The notes below the pieces were generated by a model that saw only the letters and a program-made list of their open reading frames with translations, ran no database searches and was not told the origin of the DNA. A stretch of DNA of 64,000 nt, taken from the NCBI GenBank assembly GCA_963663765.2, contig CAXXUA010000002.1, positions 32,001 through 96,000 on the forward strand, given 5' to 3'. The position numbers were made by a program, and so were the translations under genes. Positions 19,890 through 29,974 of this stretch are shown in pieces; positions within the stretch are counted from its first letter, which is position 1, and the number at the start of each line of letters is the position of its first letter. Source of the DNA: Candidatus Poribacteria bacterium. GTDB lineage: Bacteria > Poribacteria > WGA-4E > WGA-3G.

Positions 19890-21761
19890 ATGAAGCGGCG
19901 TATCACATTTACATTAGTCTTACTTATATTGATTAGCACATCGTCGTTAGCCATGGCACAGAAAAATTGGGTAACTGTTAGTGAAGCAAAATGGCAATCA
20001 TCCTTTTCTGATGTTTTTTTTGTGGACAATCAGAACGGATGGATAGTCGGTAGCAATTCCATCATACTAAATACAGCAGACGGTGGCAAGACGTGGATTC
20101 AGCAACCCGTCCCATTTAAGCTTGAGTTCAAAAAAGTCAGATTCATTAGCCCCAAGATCGGTTGGGTTGTGGGTGAAAATGGCACTGTGCTAAGGACAGT
20201 TGATGGCGGTCAGTTCTGGAATAAATTAAACACAGGAAACCGTGTTGCTTTGTTAGATGTCTCATTTGTAGATGAGATGCACGGATGGGCTTGCGGTGAC
20301 GGCGGTTTCGTAATGTCAACGCAAGATGGGGGGAATTCATGGTTAAAGCATGAGGTCGGTACGAACAACACTATTGAAGGTATCCATTTTGTCAATCCTC
20401 AAGTTGGTTGGGCAGCAGGAGGTGGTGGTACATTGCTTCACACTAAAGACGGTGGAGAGTCATGGTCGTTTCAAACAAGTGCGACAGTCAACACACTCAA
20501 TGCAATAACAATGCTTGACGAAACCGCTGGATGGTCAGTTGGTGCTGGCGGTGCTGTTGTTAACACAGTTGATGGTGAGAATTGGCAGGCTCAAAAAAGT
20601 AATGTGCCTAATTCTAACGGCATGCCGGAACCGATATACGATGTACATTTTACGGATAAGAACAATGGCTTAGCTGCTGCAGAATTTGGTGTGATCCTCC
20701 GAACAACGGATGGTGGAACACAATGGCGACCCCTATTACCACAGCAAGTCGCTGCACGTCTGCAGGGTGTTCACATGAAGAACGCAAATGAAGCTTGGGT
20801 AGTTGGTGATAAAGCCACAATCCTACGTACTACCGATGGTGGTGATACTTGGGACATCGTATCAAATATAATGGATCTTCGCGCAGTACATTTTGCAAAT
20901 GACAAACTCGGTTGGGCAGTAGGTTTAGCAGGAAGTGTTATTCACACAAATGACGGTGGAAATACATGGATATCTCAGCAAAGCGGTGATGTTTTTGAAC
21001 TATTTGGTGTCGGTTTTGTTGATGAAAAGAGGGGTTATATTGTTGGTAGCAACGCAGCACTCCTTGAAACAGATAATGGCGGTAAGACTTGGAAGAGTCT
21101 CAGTGATCCTGGGGATGAAGGACACGGAAGAGCTAAGCGGATAAAGTTTGGTGGAACTATGGGTTGGAAAGGAGCATTGGCAAGTTATGCTATGAGTATC
21201 GTTTCGAAAACACATGCATGGGCAGTGGGTGAAACTGGAAGAGTGATGCGGACAACGGATGCCGGTGAAACTTGGCACGGTGTAGACATTGACGCGAACT
21301 TTTCAGGTGTAGGTTTTAACAATCTGTTCGGTGTCCATTTCCTAAATGAAAAAATTGGCTGGATAGTCGGTTATGCAGGAACAATCGCCAGAACGACTGA
21401 TGGTGGAGAAACTTGGACCATAAATATGGGGTCTTCAGAATTACAGGACATTTATGCTGTCAATCCTAAAACCGCGTGGGTAGTTGGGAGCCAGGGAACT
21501 ATCATGTTAACCGCTGATGGTGGAGAGACATGGATTGATCAAACTGTGCCGACAGATGAGAACCTTAATGCAGTTCTCTTTACTACCGATAAACAGGGAT
21601 GGGTAGTTGGAGATAAAGGGACTATCCTACATACAAATGATAGCGGTGTAACTTGGTTGAACCATAGTTCTCCAACAAAGAACAACCTTAGAGATATTGT
21701 CAAATCATCAAATGGCACATTGTGGGTAATCGGTGATTCAACAACTATCCTTCGCTACTGA
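19890..21761 (+). CDS. Ycf48-like BNR/Asp-box repeat beta-propeller protein, secreted
   Basis: Signal peptide followed by repeated GW.VG..G.IL.T.DGG.TW units. Confidence 0.9.
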   Translation: MKRRITFTLVLLILISTSSLAMAQKNWVTVSEAKWQSSFSDVFFVDNQNGWIVGSNSIILNTADGGKTWIQQPVPFKLEFKKVRFISPKIGWVVGENGTVLRTVDGGQFWNKLNTGNRVALLDVSFVDEMHGWACGDGGFVMSTQDGGNSWLKHEVGTNNTIEGIHFVNPQVGWAAGGGGTLLHTKDGGESWSFQTSATVNTLNAITMLDETAGWSVGAGGAVVNTVDGENWQAQKSNVPNSNGMPEPIYDVHFTDKNNGLAAAEFGVILRTTDGGTQWRPLLPQQVAARLQGVHMKNANEAWVVGDKATILRTTDGGDTWDIVSNIMDLRAVHFANDKLGWAVGLAGSVIHTNDGGNTWISQQSGDVFELFGVGFVDEKRGYIVGSNAALLETDNGGKTWKSLSDPGDEGHGRAKRIKFGGTMGWKGALASYAMSIVSKTHAWAVGETGRVMRTTDAGETWHGVDIDANFSGVGFNNLFGVHFLNEKIGWIVGYAGTIARTTDGGETWTINMGSSELQDIYAVNPKTAWVVGSQGTIMLTADGGETWIDQTVPTDENLNAVLFTTDKQGWVVGDKGTILHTNDSGVTWLNHSSPTKNNLRDIVKSSNGTLWVIGDSTTILRY

Positions 21762-21774
21762 TTTTATTCAATTA

Positions 21775-21872
21775 CAGCGTATCTCATAAATGCAATTTTG
21801 TCCAAATTCACCGGATCATGTGTCTGGTAAATCGGGGTTAGAAACCCCTCCTACCATTTATGAGATAGGTTG
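21775..21872. mobile_element. MITE built from the ends of the IS5-family element at 35288-36160
   Basis: cagcgtatctcataaat is identical to one IS end. atttatgagataggttg is the degenerate partner. Inside is the REP half atcggggttagaaacccctcctac. Confidence 0.85.
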
Positions 21873-21949
21873 AAATATAAGATAACATAAGAATCAACCG
21901 ATATATAGATGCAATACGTTTTTGCATTCATTTGGAGGGAACAATAAAC

Positions 21950-23338
21950 ATGAGTTTTTTACGGTTCCATCTCCCTTTTTGGGTAGGAACCTTTTTATTA
22001 CTTCTACTGGCTATTTCAGTCAACCCAGAAGAACATAGAACCTTAAATCTTGAAGAGAGTATTGAAATAGCAAAACAGAACAATCTTGGACTACAGGCTG
22101 CAGCGCAAAAACTGAAAGCTGCACAATCACAGATAACTCTTGCACGTGCAACACTTCTACCCAGACTTGATGCAAATGGCAACTACACCTATTTCAAGGA
22201 CATACAAAAATCGGTAATACAAGCAGATGGTGGTTTCGGTTTCCCTATGTCCGATGATGAAATGGATGAAATGCCTACAACCAGCATGGATAATGAAGCA
22301 GAACTCATAGAATTGGAGTTTGGCGCACATCATAATATACAAGGTACCGTGCGCTTGATACAACCTATCTTTGCATGGGGTAGATACTATTATGGCTATC
22401 AAGGATCGAAGCTGCAATACGAAGCGGCAGAAAAAGACCTAAATGCATCATACAACAAACTACGACTGGATGTTTATGAATCCTTTTACCGCGTATTAAT
22501 TGCACAGGAGTTCGTAAAAGTTGCTGAACAGAGTGCTGAACTTGTGAAAAAACAACTCAAAATCGCTGAGTCCTCTTTTAAGGCAGGTGTATCAACCAAC
22601 TTTGATGTGTTACGTGCGAAAGTACAACTTGCTAATGCAGAATCACAAACAATTCGTGCAAGAAACAATTTTACTACTGCACAAAATACCTACAAAACAT
22701 TATTAAACATTCCACTCACTGAACAAGTTGCAGTCGAAGGGTCTTTTGAGACTCCTCAGGTTGACATAAAGTTGGATGCGCTCATTAAATTAGCACGTGA
22801 AAACCGGCCTGAAATCACTAGTTCACAGCTCAACGAACAAGCAGGACAGAAACAACTGAAAGTCGCAAAGACTCGTAACCTACCCGATTTATCTTTCTTC
22901 TCCAATTATCAGATTTCGCACAACGAAAGGCTTCTTGAAATGAACCGCATTTGGAGTCTTGGACTGCAAATAAACATACCTATCTTTGATGGTTTTGCAG
23001 CACGCGCAGGTGTCAAACAGAGCGAGGCAGTTCTAAAACAACTTCAATTAGGCACAGAGCAAACTATGACTACCGTTGAATTTGAGGTGCGAACTACTTA
23101 TCTTGCACTACTTGAAGCGGCTGCCCTCCTTGACGTTCAAAAAGAAACGGTAGCGCAAGCGGAGGAGAGTGTGAGAATTGCTAATCTGCAATTTGAAAAC
23201 GGTATGATTACGACTGTTGGGTATACTGATACGCAACTTGCATTGACACAAGCAAAAGTCAACCGTCTGCAAGCTCAACACGATTATGTCGTTGGTGTCG
23301 CAAAATTAGAAAAAGCTATTGGGCAAAAAATAGAATAA
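21950..23338 (+). CDS. TolC-family outer membrane efflux protein
   Basis: Two OEP-like repeats (LLPRLD, QPIF, LPDLSF, IPIFDG). Start taken at ATG 21950 after GGAGG. Confidence 0.9.
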   Translation: MSFLRFHLPFWVGTFLLLLLAISVNPEEHRTLNLEESIEIAKQNNLGLQAAAQKLKAAQSQITLARATLLPRLDANGNYTYFKDIQKSVIQADGGFGFPMSDDEMDEMPTTSMDNEAELIELEFGAHHNIQGTVRLIQPIFAWGRYYYGYQGSKLQYEAAEKDLNASYNKLRLDVYESFYRVLIAQEFVKVAEQSAELVKKQLKIAESSFKAGVSTNFDVLRAKVQLANAESQTIRARNNFTTAQNTYKTLLNIPLTEQVAVEGSFETPQVDIKLDALIKLARENRPEITSSQLNEQAGQKQLKVAKTRNLPDLSFFSNYQISHNERLLEMNRIWSLGLQINIPIFDGFAARAGVKQSEAVLKQLQLGTEQTMTTVEFEVRTTYLALLEAAALLDVQKETVAQAEESVRIANLQFENGMITTVGYTDTQLALTQAKVNRLQAQHDYVVGVAKLEKAIGQKIE

Positions 23339-23409
23339 AGTACTATATTCAATAAATAAGCTAAACAGTAGAGAGAAATTGCACATACATTGAAGGGAGA
23401 ATTAGACAA

Positions 23410-25017
23410 TTGAAAAAAGTTTGGATTCCAATTATCATCATCTTGGTTGTAGCAGTCATCGCACTGTTCCGATTCATGAAACCCGATGATCCAGAAATAC
23501 CTCAGATCGCACAAGAGGATGTACCAACACCTGTTGAAGTCTATAAAGCGAAACTCGGTGAAATCCGTTCTGAACTGCAACTTGCAGGCACAATTGAAGC
23601 GAAATCACGTGTGAGTGTCATTCCCAAAATCTCTGGACGTATCATCACTATGTCTGTTCGTGAAGGTGAAACCGTCAAGAAAGGAGCTCAACTCGCTGTA
23701 ATTGAGCACGAAGAGTTGGATCTTGCAGTACAACAAGCACAAGCAACATTGGAAGCAGCAGAAGCTTCCTACTCACAGGCAAAGCAACTGGCAAAGGTAC
23801 GAGTACAAACACAGGTTGCACAAGCGAAAGCACAAGCAAATGCAGCTGAAGTCTCGCTTCAACAAGTGAAAGAACTTGCCGAAATTCGTACTGTCACACA
23901 GATTGAGCAAGCGGAAGCAGGATTAAAATCGCTTGAAGCTAATCTTGAGAAGATCAAGACCGGTGCACGCGAAGAAGATATAGAAAAAACTCAAGCGAGT
24001 GTGAAACAAGCGAAGGCAAATTTACAAAATACACAAAGCAACCACTCTCGTATGCAGCAACTATATGACAACGGAGCGATTAGCAAACAATCCTTGGAAA
24101 ACAGTCATACTCAGTTAGATGTTGTCAATGCACAACACAAAATCGCTACAGAACAACTACAGCTCATCATGAATGGGGCACGTGAAGAAGACATCCAAGC
24201 AATGGAAGCGCAGGTAGAACAAGCAAGAGCGGGTCTGAAGCTAGCTCAGGTCCAAGCCACTACAAAGATGTGGGAAAAAGACATTGCACTTGTACAGTCA
24301 CAAGTTGACACTGCACACGCAGGACTCAAATCTGCAATTGCTTTAGAACAGGCAAAGAGTTGGGAGGCAGAAATAACCGCAGCAAAAACCGCACGAACGC
24401 AAGCAAGCATTGCACTCAAACTCGCAAATAAACGGCTTAAAGATGCAACCATAGCAGCACCTATTACTGGTGTTGTTTCACAACGTTTCTTGGACTTAGG
24501 TGGCATGGCAGTCCCCACAGTTCCATTGTTTGAGATTGTGGATATTGACACCGTCAAAGCAACAACAGATGTGATCGAACTCCAATTGGCACAATTAACA
24601 CTCAATCAACAAGCGAATATCATAATTGAAGGAATCAATATGCCTCTTACAGGAGTGATTAGTTATATCAGTCCTACATTACAACCAATTCAACGGACAG
24701 CGACCGTGGAATTTCATATTGACAATCCTAATGGTATAGTTAAGCCGGGAATGTTTGCAAAAGTAACCGTACCAATTGAAGTACGTCAAGACACTATCTT
24801 AGTCCCACGCAACTCTCTTATAGAAGATGCAGTGACAAAAACGCAGAATGTCTTTGTCGTTGAAGCAGGAAAGAGCAAAAGACGACCCGTTGAAATCGGC
24901 CTTACTCGCGGTGGTAAAGTAGAAGTCGTTGAAGGGCTAAACGAAGGTGATTCTGTTATCATCGCTGGACAACACTCTCTCAAAGTTGATGAAAATGTTA
25001 CTGTTGTCAATCCTTGA
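23410..25017 (+). CDS. Efflux periplasmic adaptor (MFP) with very long coiled coil
   Basis: PKISGRI, IAAPITGVV, KPGMFA and GLNEGD motifs. Confidence 0.9.
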   Translation: MKKVWIPIIIILVVAVIALFRFMKPDDPEIPQIAQEDVPTPVEVYKAKLGEIRSELQLAGTIEAKSRVSVIPKISGRIITMSVREGETVKKGAQLAVIEHEELDLAVQQAQATLEAAEASYSQAKQLAKVRVQTQVAQAKAQANAAEVSLQQVKELAEIRTVTQIEQAEAGLKSLEANLEKIKTGAREEDIEKTQASVKQAKANLQNTQSNHSRMQQLYDNGAISKQSLENSHTQLDVVNAQHKIATEQLQLIMNGAREEDIQAMEAQVEQARAGLKLAQVQATTKMWEKDIALVQSQVDTAHAGLKSAIALEQAKSWEAEITAAKTARTQASIALKLANKRLKDATIAAPITGVVSQRFLDLGGMAVPTVPLFEIVDIDTVKATTDVIELQLAQLTLNQQANIIIEGINMPLTGVISYISPTLQPIQRTATVEFHIDNPNGIVKPGMFAKVTVPIEVRQDTILVPRNSLIEDAVTKTQNVFVVEAGKSKRRPVEIGLTRGGKVEVVEGLNEGDSVIIAGQHSLKVDENVTVVNP

Positions 25018-25033
25018 GAACTATGAATAAATT

Positions 25034-26500
25034 ATGAAAGTTGAACAGCTGCATGGCCCCAAAGAGAAAACGCTTCAGGTTGCAGAACTTGAACATCTCC
25101 TACATTGTGATTCTCCCGATGTGTTCTTCCAGCACGGACTTAGCAAAGAAGGGAGGATTATAGTCGCTCGTGCACCATCACGTCTTGACATTATGGGTGG
25201 AATTTCAGATTATTGTGGATCAAATGTCTTTGAAAAGACACTCAACCGGGCTGCTGTTGCTGCTATCCAAGCTCGACATGATAGAAACTTGAATGCACTC
25301 ACTTTACAAGAAGATAGTATATTAAAACGCAGTTTCCAGATGTCACTTGATGATTTTTACATAGACGGCACACTCAAGTCATACAGACAGATGAGAAAGT
25401 TTTTTAATAGGAATGTGCGAACAGATTGGACCGGATATGTACTCGGTTGTTTTTTTGCTTTGCTAAGGGAGAAAAAGATTGACGCATTCCCAAACGGTGC
25501 GGTAGTTGTTATAAAAAGTGATATACCGATGGGAGCCGGTGTTGCCTCCTCTGCAGCAATTGAAGTCGCTACATTGAATGCTATCAATCAGATGTATCAA
25601 CTCAAGTTAGATGCGCTGGAAACATCCCGGTTAGCCCAGATTGTTGAAAACCGAATCGTTGGTGCTCCGTGTGGGATTATGGACCAGATTACTGTTGCTG
25701 CGGGTAGAAGGAACAAAATGCTCTCAATTCTTTGCCAACCCAACCAAATTCTTGAGCATGTGCAATGCCCACCGAACGTAAGTATTATTGGAATCCATAC
25801 AAAAGTTCCTCGTAGTACAAAAAGCACAGCATATATTGATACGCGCACCGCAGCATTCATGGGTTTAACTATATTGAAAAAGGAACTCGGTTGGAAGAAA
25901 TTGGAAGACAACTATTTGTGTAATATCTCTGTTGATGAATTCCGTAAATACTGTGAACCCATCCTTCCGAAAAAGATCAAAGGTTCTGATTTCCTTGACA
26001 AATTTGGTGAGACTGTTGATACTGTAACTCAAGTAGACCCAGAAAAAACATATCTTGTCAAAGATCGCGTACAGCATCCAATATATGAAAACGAACGTGT
26101 GAAGTTGTATATTAATTGCATCAAAAATGCTGATCAGTTCCCAGATAGAGCTTCTGAATTTCTAAAAGTTGCGGGTGCTTTAATGTATGAGTCTAACGCA
26201 AGTTATCGGGATTTAGCTGGATTGGGTTCCCCTGAGATAGATGGGTTAGTAAATATTGCAGAAAAAATCGGTGAACAAGGGGGAATCTATGGCGCGAAAA
26301 TAACAGGTGGTGGGGAAGGCGGAACTGTAGCACTTCTATGTTATGGCGATTATTCCACCGCATTGACGCAACTTCTCTATGCCTATAGATTAGCATGGGG
26401 TATTCGCACAGAAACCTTAAGCGGTTCTTCTCCAGGTGCTTTTGAATTTGGACATGTTGAATGGGAATTAGAAGAGAGCGAACCACTAACCTACTTTTAA
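25034..26500 (+). CDS. GHMP sugar kinase (galactokinase / L-arabinokinase-like)
   Basis: ARAPSRLDIMGGISDY, PMGAGVASSAA, GAPCGIMDQ and GAKITGGGEGG motifs. Confidence 0.88.
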   Translation: MKVEQLHGPKEKTLQVAELEHLLHCDSPDVFFQHGLSKEGRIIVARAPSRLDIMGGISDYCGSNVFEKTLNRAAVAAIQARHDRNLNALTLQEDSILKRSFQMSLDDFYIDGTLKSYRQMRKFFNRNVRTDWTGYVLGCFFALLREKKIDAFPNGAVVVIKSDIPMGAGVASSAAIEVATLNAINQMYQLKLDALETSRLAQIVENRIVGAPCGIMDQITVAAGRRNKMLSILCQPNQILEHVQCPPNVSIIGIHTKVPRSTKSTAYIDTRTAAFMGLTILKKELGWKKLEDNYLCNISVDEFRKYCEPILPKKIKGSDFLDKFGETVDTVTQVDPEKTYLVKDRVQHPIYENERVKLYINCIKNADQFPDRASEFLKVAGALMYESNASYRDLAGLGSPEIDGLVNIAEKIGEQGGIYGAKITGGGEGGTVALLCYGDYSTALTQLLYAYRLAWGIRTETLSGSSPGAFEFGHVEWELEESEPLTYF

Positions 26501-26562
26501 TCTGAAGATAATCAAGTCCTATTTCATCATAATTTATTGAATATCTCTTATGGATACAATCT

Positions 26563-28524
26563 GTGGAAAACTTGAATGAACAAAACAACACACGTGGAAT
26601 AGGTGTCACATGGCGTGCAATACTCATCGGTGTGTTGTTGATCCCTCCGAATGTATATTGGGTAATAGTCGTAGAGTGCGTTTGGCATTCTGGACATCCG
26701 ACAACTATCTCTCTGTTTTGGAATGTCGTTCTCAACATATTTTTCCTGATTCTACTGAATTTGTTCCTAAAACGTGTGGCACCAAAAGCCGCGTTAACGC
26801 AGGGTGAATTGATTACTATCTATGCAATGCTCTCTATCGCATCTGGTCTTGCAGGACACGATACGTTAGCATTAACGATACCCGCACTACCGCATGCATT
26901 TTGGTTTGCCACGTTAGAGAACGATTGGGCAGGTACTTTCCACAGTTATATCCCTCAACACCTTGTGGTAACTGACAAGGAAATATTACGCGGATTCTAC
27001 GAAGGTGATACCTCTTTTTACAACGCACAGATTGGTGGCGCGTGGATTATACCTACACTGTGGTGGACAACCCTTATCTTTGCACTCGGCGCGATCATGA
27101 TCTGCATCAATGTGCTTATCCGTAAGCAGTGGACAGAACATGAAAGACTCGCATATCCCATCATCCAACTCCCAATGGCAATCACAGAAGGCGGTGGGAG
27201 AGCACAACTTTTCAAAAACCGAATCCTATGGTACGGTTTCATCATCGCTGCAGCATTGAACGTCTGGCACGGTCTTGCACACTTCTTCCCAATCTTACCC
27301 GATTTCAGTGTGCGCCACAACGCACGGAATTGGGGTACTTTTTTCACGGAAAAACCGTGGGATGCTGTAGGCAATATTCCTGTGCCCTTATATCCATTTG
27401 TCATCGGATTAGGTTTTCTATTACCCCTCGACTTAGCATTCTCGTTATGGTTTTTCTATCTTTTTGAAAAAATTCAACGTGTTGCTGGTAGTACCCTCGG
27501 TTTTCCTGCACCTTTCCCATATAGCAGCGAACAATCCATCGGAGGATGGTTGGCAATATTTGTCATAGCATTGCTTGTTACGCGCAAACACTTAGTTAGA
27601 GTAGTACGAACTATATTTGGAATGTCAGGCAGTATTGACGACTCAAACGAGCCTATTCGGTACCGTACCGCATTTGTTATCATTTTACTCGCAAGCCTAT
27701 ATATAATATGGTTCTGTTTAAAGGCAGGGATGACGCTGCTGATAATACTTCCATTCTTTGCTTTCTTCTTTGCACTCTCAATTGCCATTACACGTGTACG
27801 CGCTGAACTCGGTCCTCCTGCACATGAGATGGCGGGTATGTGCAATGGACAACAATTTTTGATAAATATATTGGGAACTCGACGCATCGGACCGAACAAC
27901 CTGACTATATTTCCATATTTCTGGTTCTTCAGTGGACGCGGGTATAGAGAACACATCATGCCACACCAACTTGAAGCGTTCAAGATGGCAGAACGCGCAA
28001 ATATGAACACAAAAAGGTTGGTGTTAGCCATGTTAATTGCCGTTGTCCTCGGTTCTATTGCATCATTTTGGGCAACACTCTCCGAACTCTATCGTCTCGG
28101 CGGTGCGATCACTGGTGCAGGCGGGGGAATAGGTCCATCAGTCGGACATATCGGACAATTCAATTGGCTTGCAGGACTCTTTGCATACCCACGCGATCCC
28201 AACGTACCTGCTATGGGATTCATGGCAGGCGGTATGGGATTTACATTCTTACTCATGATCATGCGCATGCGATTTATCTGGTGGCCCCTACATCCAGCTG
28301 GTTACCCTATATCAATGACATTTGGTGTCGGTTACTTTTGGAGTTGTCTTGTTATCAGTACATTCCTAAAATGGATGGCACTGCGATTTGGCGGTCCATC
28401 AACTTATAGGAAAATGGTTTTCTTCTTCTTTGGAGTTATCCTCGGTGAATACTGCGTAGGTGCGTTTTGGAGCGTATTAAGCGTAATTATCCGTGAACCT
28501 ATCTACGATTTTGCACCAGGTTAA
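26563..28524 (+). CDS. DUF6785-like multi-pass membrane protein (putative transporter)
   Basis: About 15 hydrophobic segments with QWTEHERLAYPI and WWPLHPAGY motifs. Family name assigned from recall. Confidence 0.75.
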   Translation: MENLNEQNNTRGIGVTWRAILIGVLLIPPNVYWVIVVECVWHSGHPTTISLFWNVVLNIFFLILLNLFLKRVAPKAALTQGELITIYAMLSIASGLAGHDTLALTIPALPHAFWFATLENDWAGTFHSYIPQHLVVTDKEILRGFYEGDTSFYNAQIGGAWIIPTLWWTTLIFALGAIMICINVLIRKQWTEHERLAYPIIQLPMAITEGGGRAQLFKNRILWYGFIIAAALNVWHGLAHFFPILPDFSVRHNARNWGTFFTEKPWDAVGNIPVPLYPFVIGLGFLLPLDLAFSLWFFYLFEKIQRVAGSTLGFPAPFPYSSEQSIGGWLAIFVIALLVTRKHLVRVVRTIFGMSGSIDDSNEPIRYRTAFVIILLASLYIIWFCLKAGMTLLIILPFFAFFFALSIAITRVRAELGPPAHEMAGMCNGQQFLINILGTRRIGPNNLTIFPYFWFFSGRGYREHIMPHQLEAFKMAERANMNTKRLVLAMLIAVVLGSIASFWATLSELYRLGGAITGAGGGIGPSVGHIGQFNWLAGLFAYPRDPNVPAMGFMAGGMGFTFLLMIMRMRFIWWPLHPAGYPISMTFGVGYFWSCLVISTFLKWMALRFGGPSTYRKMVFFFFGVILGEYCVGAFWSVLSVIIREPIYDFAPG

Positions 28525-28532
28525 ATAACATT

Positions 28533-29591
28533 ATGAAATACACAATAGTTTTTTTAGCAATTTTCATACTCGGTTTTATTCTTTTTTCAACCTCCTACGC
28601 AGCTGATGAAGGTTCTCATGCTGCGGATTTCCTCAGCCACGGTGTTGGCGCACGCGCACTCGGCATGGGAAGCGCATTTGTTGCAATTGCTGACGACGCA
28701 ACCGCTACCTATTGGAATCCCGCCGGACTGACAAAAGTCAAAAAACATAGTTTCTCTGCTATGTATTCCGACACCTTTAGCACTGGGGATGGAAGTTTTT
28801 TTACCAGAGGCTTAGTTAATTACAATTTTGTCAACTATGTACATCAAATTGAAGGTATTGGTAGTCTTGGATTGAGTTGGATTCGACTTGGAATTGACGA
28901 CATACCCCGTACAACTTTTATTGATGTTGACAACAACGGTATTCTCGGAGATTTTCAAGATATAAATGGCAACGGCATTAAAGATGAAGGTGAACCTTAT
29001 ATTGACAGACCAACAGTTGCAGAATATTTTAGCAACAATGACAATGCTTTGCTCATCTCTTACGCTCGACAGGTTCATTCAATGGTTGCTGTAGGTGGAA
29101 ATCTAAAACTGCTGAGTCAATCTATCTTTGAAAACAGTGGTAGAGGTTTCGGTATTGACATCGGATTGATTCTCTTACCATATAAGGGTTTGCGTCTTGG
29201 ATCAATGTTGCTTGATGCAACTGGTACGCAGATACGATGGGACACAGAAGATAATCCTGTTTTCACTCGCGAAAGAAGGTTGCGCTTTGGTGGAGGCTAT
29301 CAGTTCACATTTCCAAGTTTTGGAAAAGGCAGCATCAGCATAGATTTTGAAACCAACCAAGCAGATTTAGATGAAGGCACAGAATCTGGTGGTGGACTTG
29401 TGTGGCGAACTGGTGCTGAATACTGGCTTTTTGACACACTTGCATTGCGTTTTGGTTGGAACGGTGATGGGGTGTCTGCTGGAACCGGATTCCAAGTAGG
29501 TGTCGGTACCATGACATTTTTTGTTGACTATGCTTTCAATACGCACACCCTCGGCGGTTCACAACGTATCTCTGTTTCTGGGCAATTTTAA
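28533..29591 (+). CDS. PorV/PorQ-like (FadL superfamily) outer membrane beta-barrel
   Basis: FLSHGVGARALGMGSAFVAIADDATATYWNPAGL N-terminal signature, DYAF motif and C-terminal Phe. Confidence 0.8.
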   Translation: MKYTIVFLAIFILGFILFSTSYAADEGSHAADFLSHGVGARALGMGSAFVAIADDATATYWNPAGLTKVKKHSFSAMYSDTFSTGDGSFFTRGLVNYNFVNYVHQIEGIGSLGLSWIRLGIDDIPRTTFIDVDNNGILGDFQDINGNGIKDEGEPYIDRPTVAEYFSNNDNALLISYARQVHSMVAVGGNLKLLSQSIFENSGRGFGIDIGLILLPYKGLRLGSMLLDATGTQIRWDTEDNPVFTRERRLRFGGGYQFTFPSFGKGSISIDFETNQADLDEGTESGGGLVWRTGAEYWLFDTLALRFGWNGDGVSAGTGFQVGVGTMTFFVDYAFNTHTLGGSQRISVSGQF

Positions 29592-29974
29592 TCTTTAGAT
29601 AGTGTAAAGTTCTTCCCAAACAGAATCTCAAATTGCGCGGATAACACGCAGAAGTCTGCAGCATTAGATCGCATTGCTTAGAACAACGTTTATAGTACAA
29701 TCTGAATTTATCTTAACACTGCTGTAGCGTCCAGTTTCAGTTTGTGCAAATACGACCTCAGGGAGGGAGGGGTTACCCGTGTAATCTGTGTTTCTGCAAA
29801 CAAAGGAAATATGAATTTCCTAAATTGACACCTATAGCGACAAAAACTCCACACGGTCATAACGCTTTTCCATTTGATTTTTGTGACTAAGATAAGATAT
29901 AATTGCCATATTAGGCAAATTATTTTATTATTGGTAAAATTAGTTTTGGCTCAGTATAACATTTACTTTAACAA

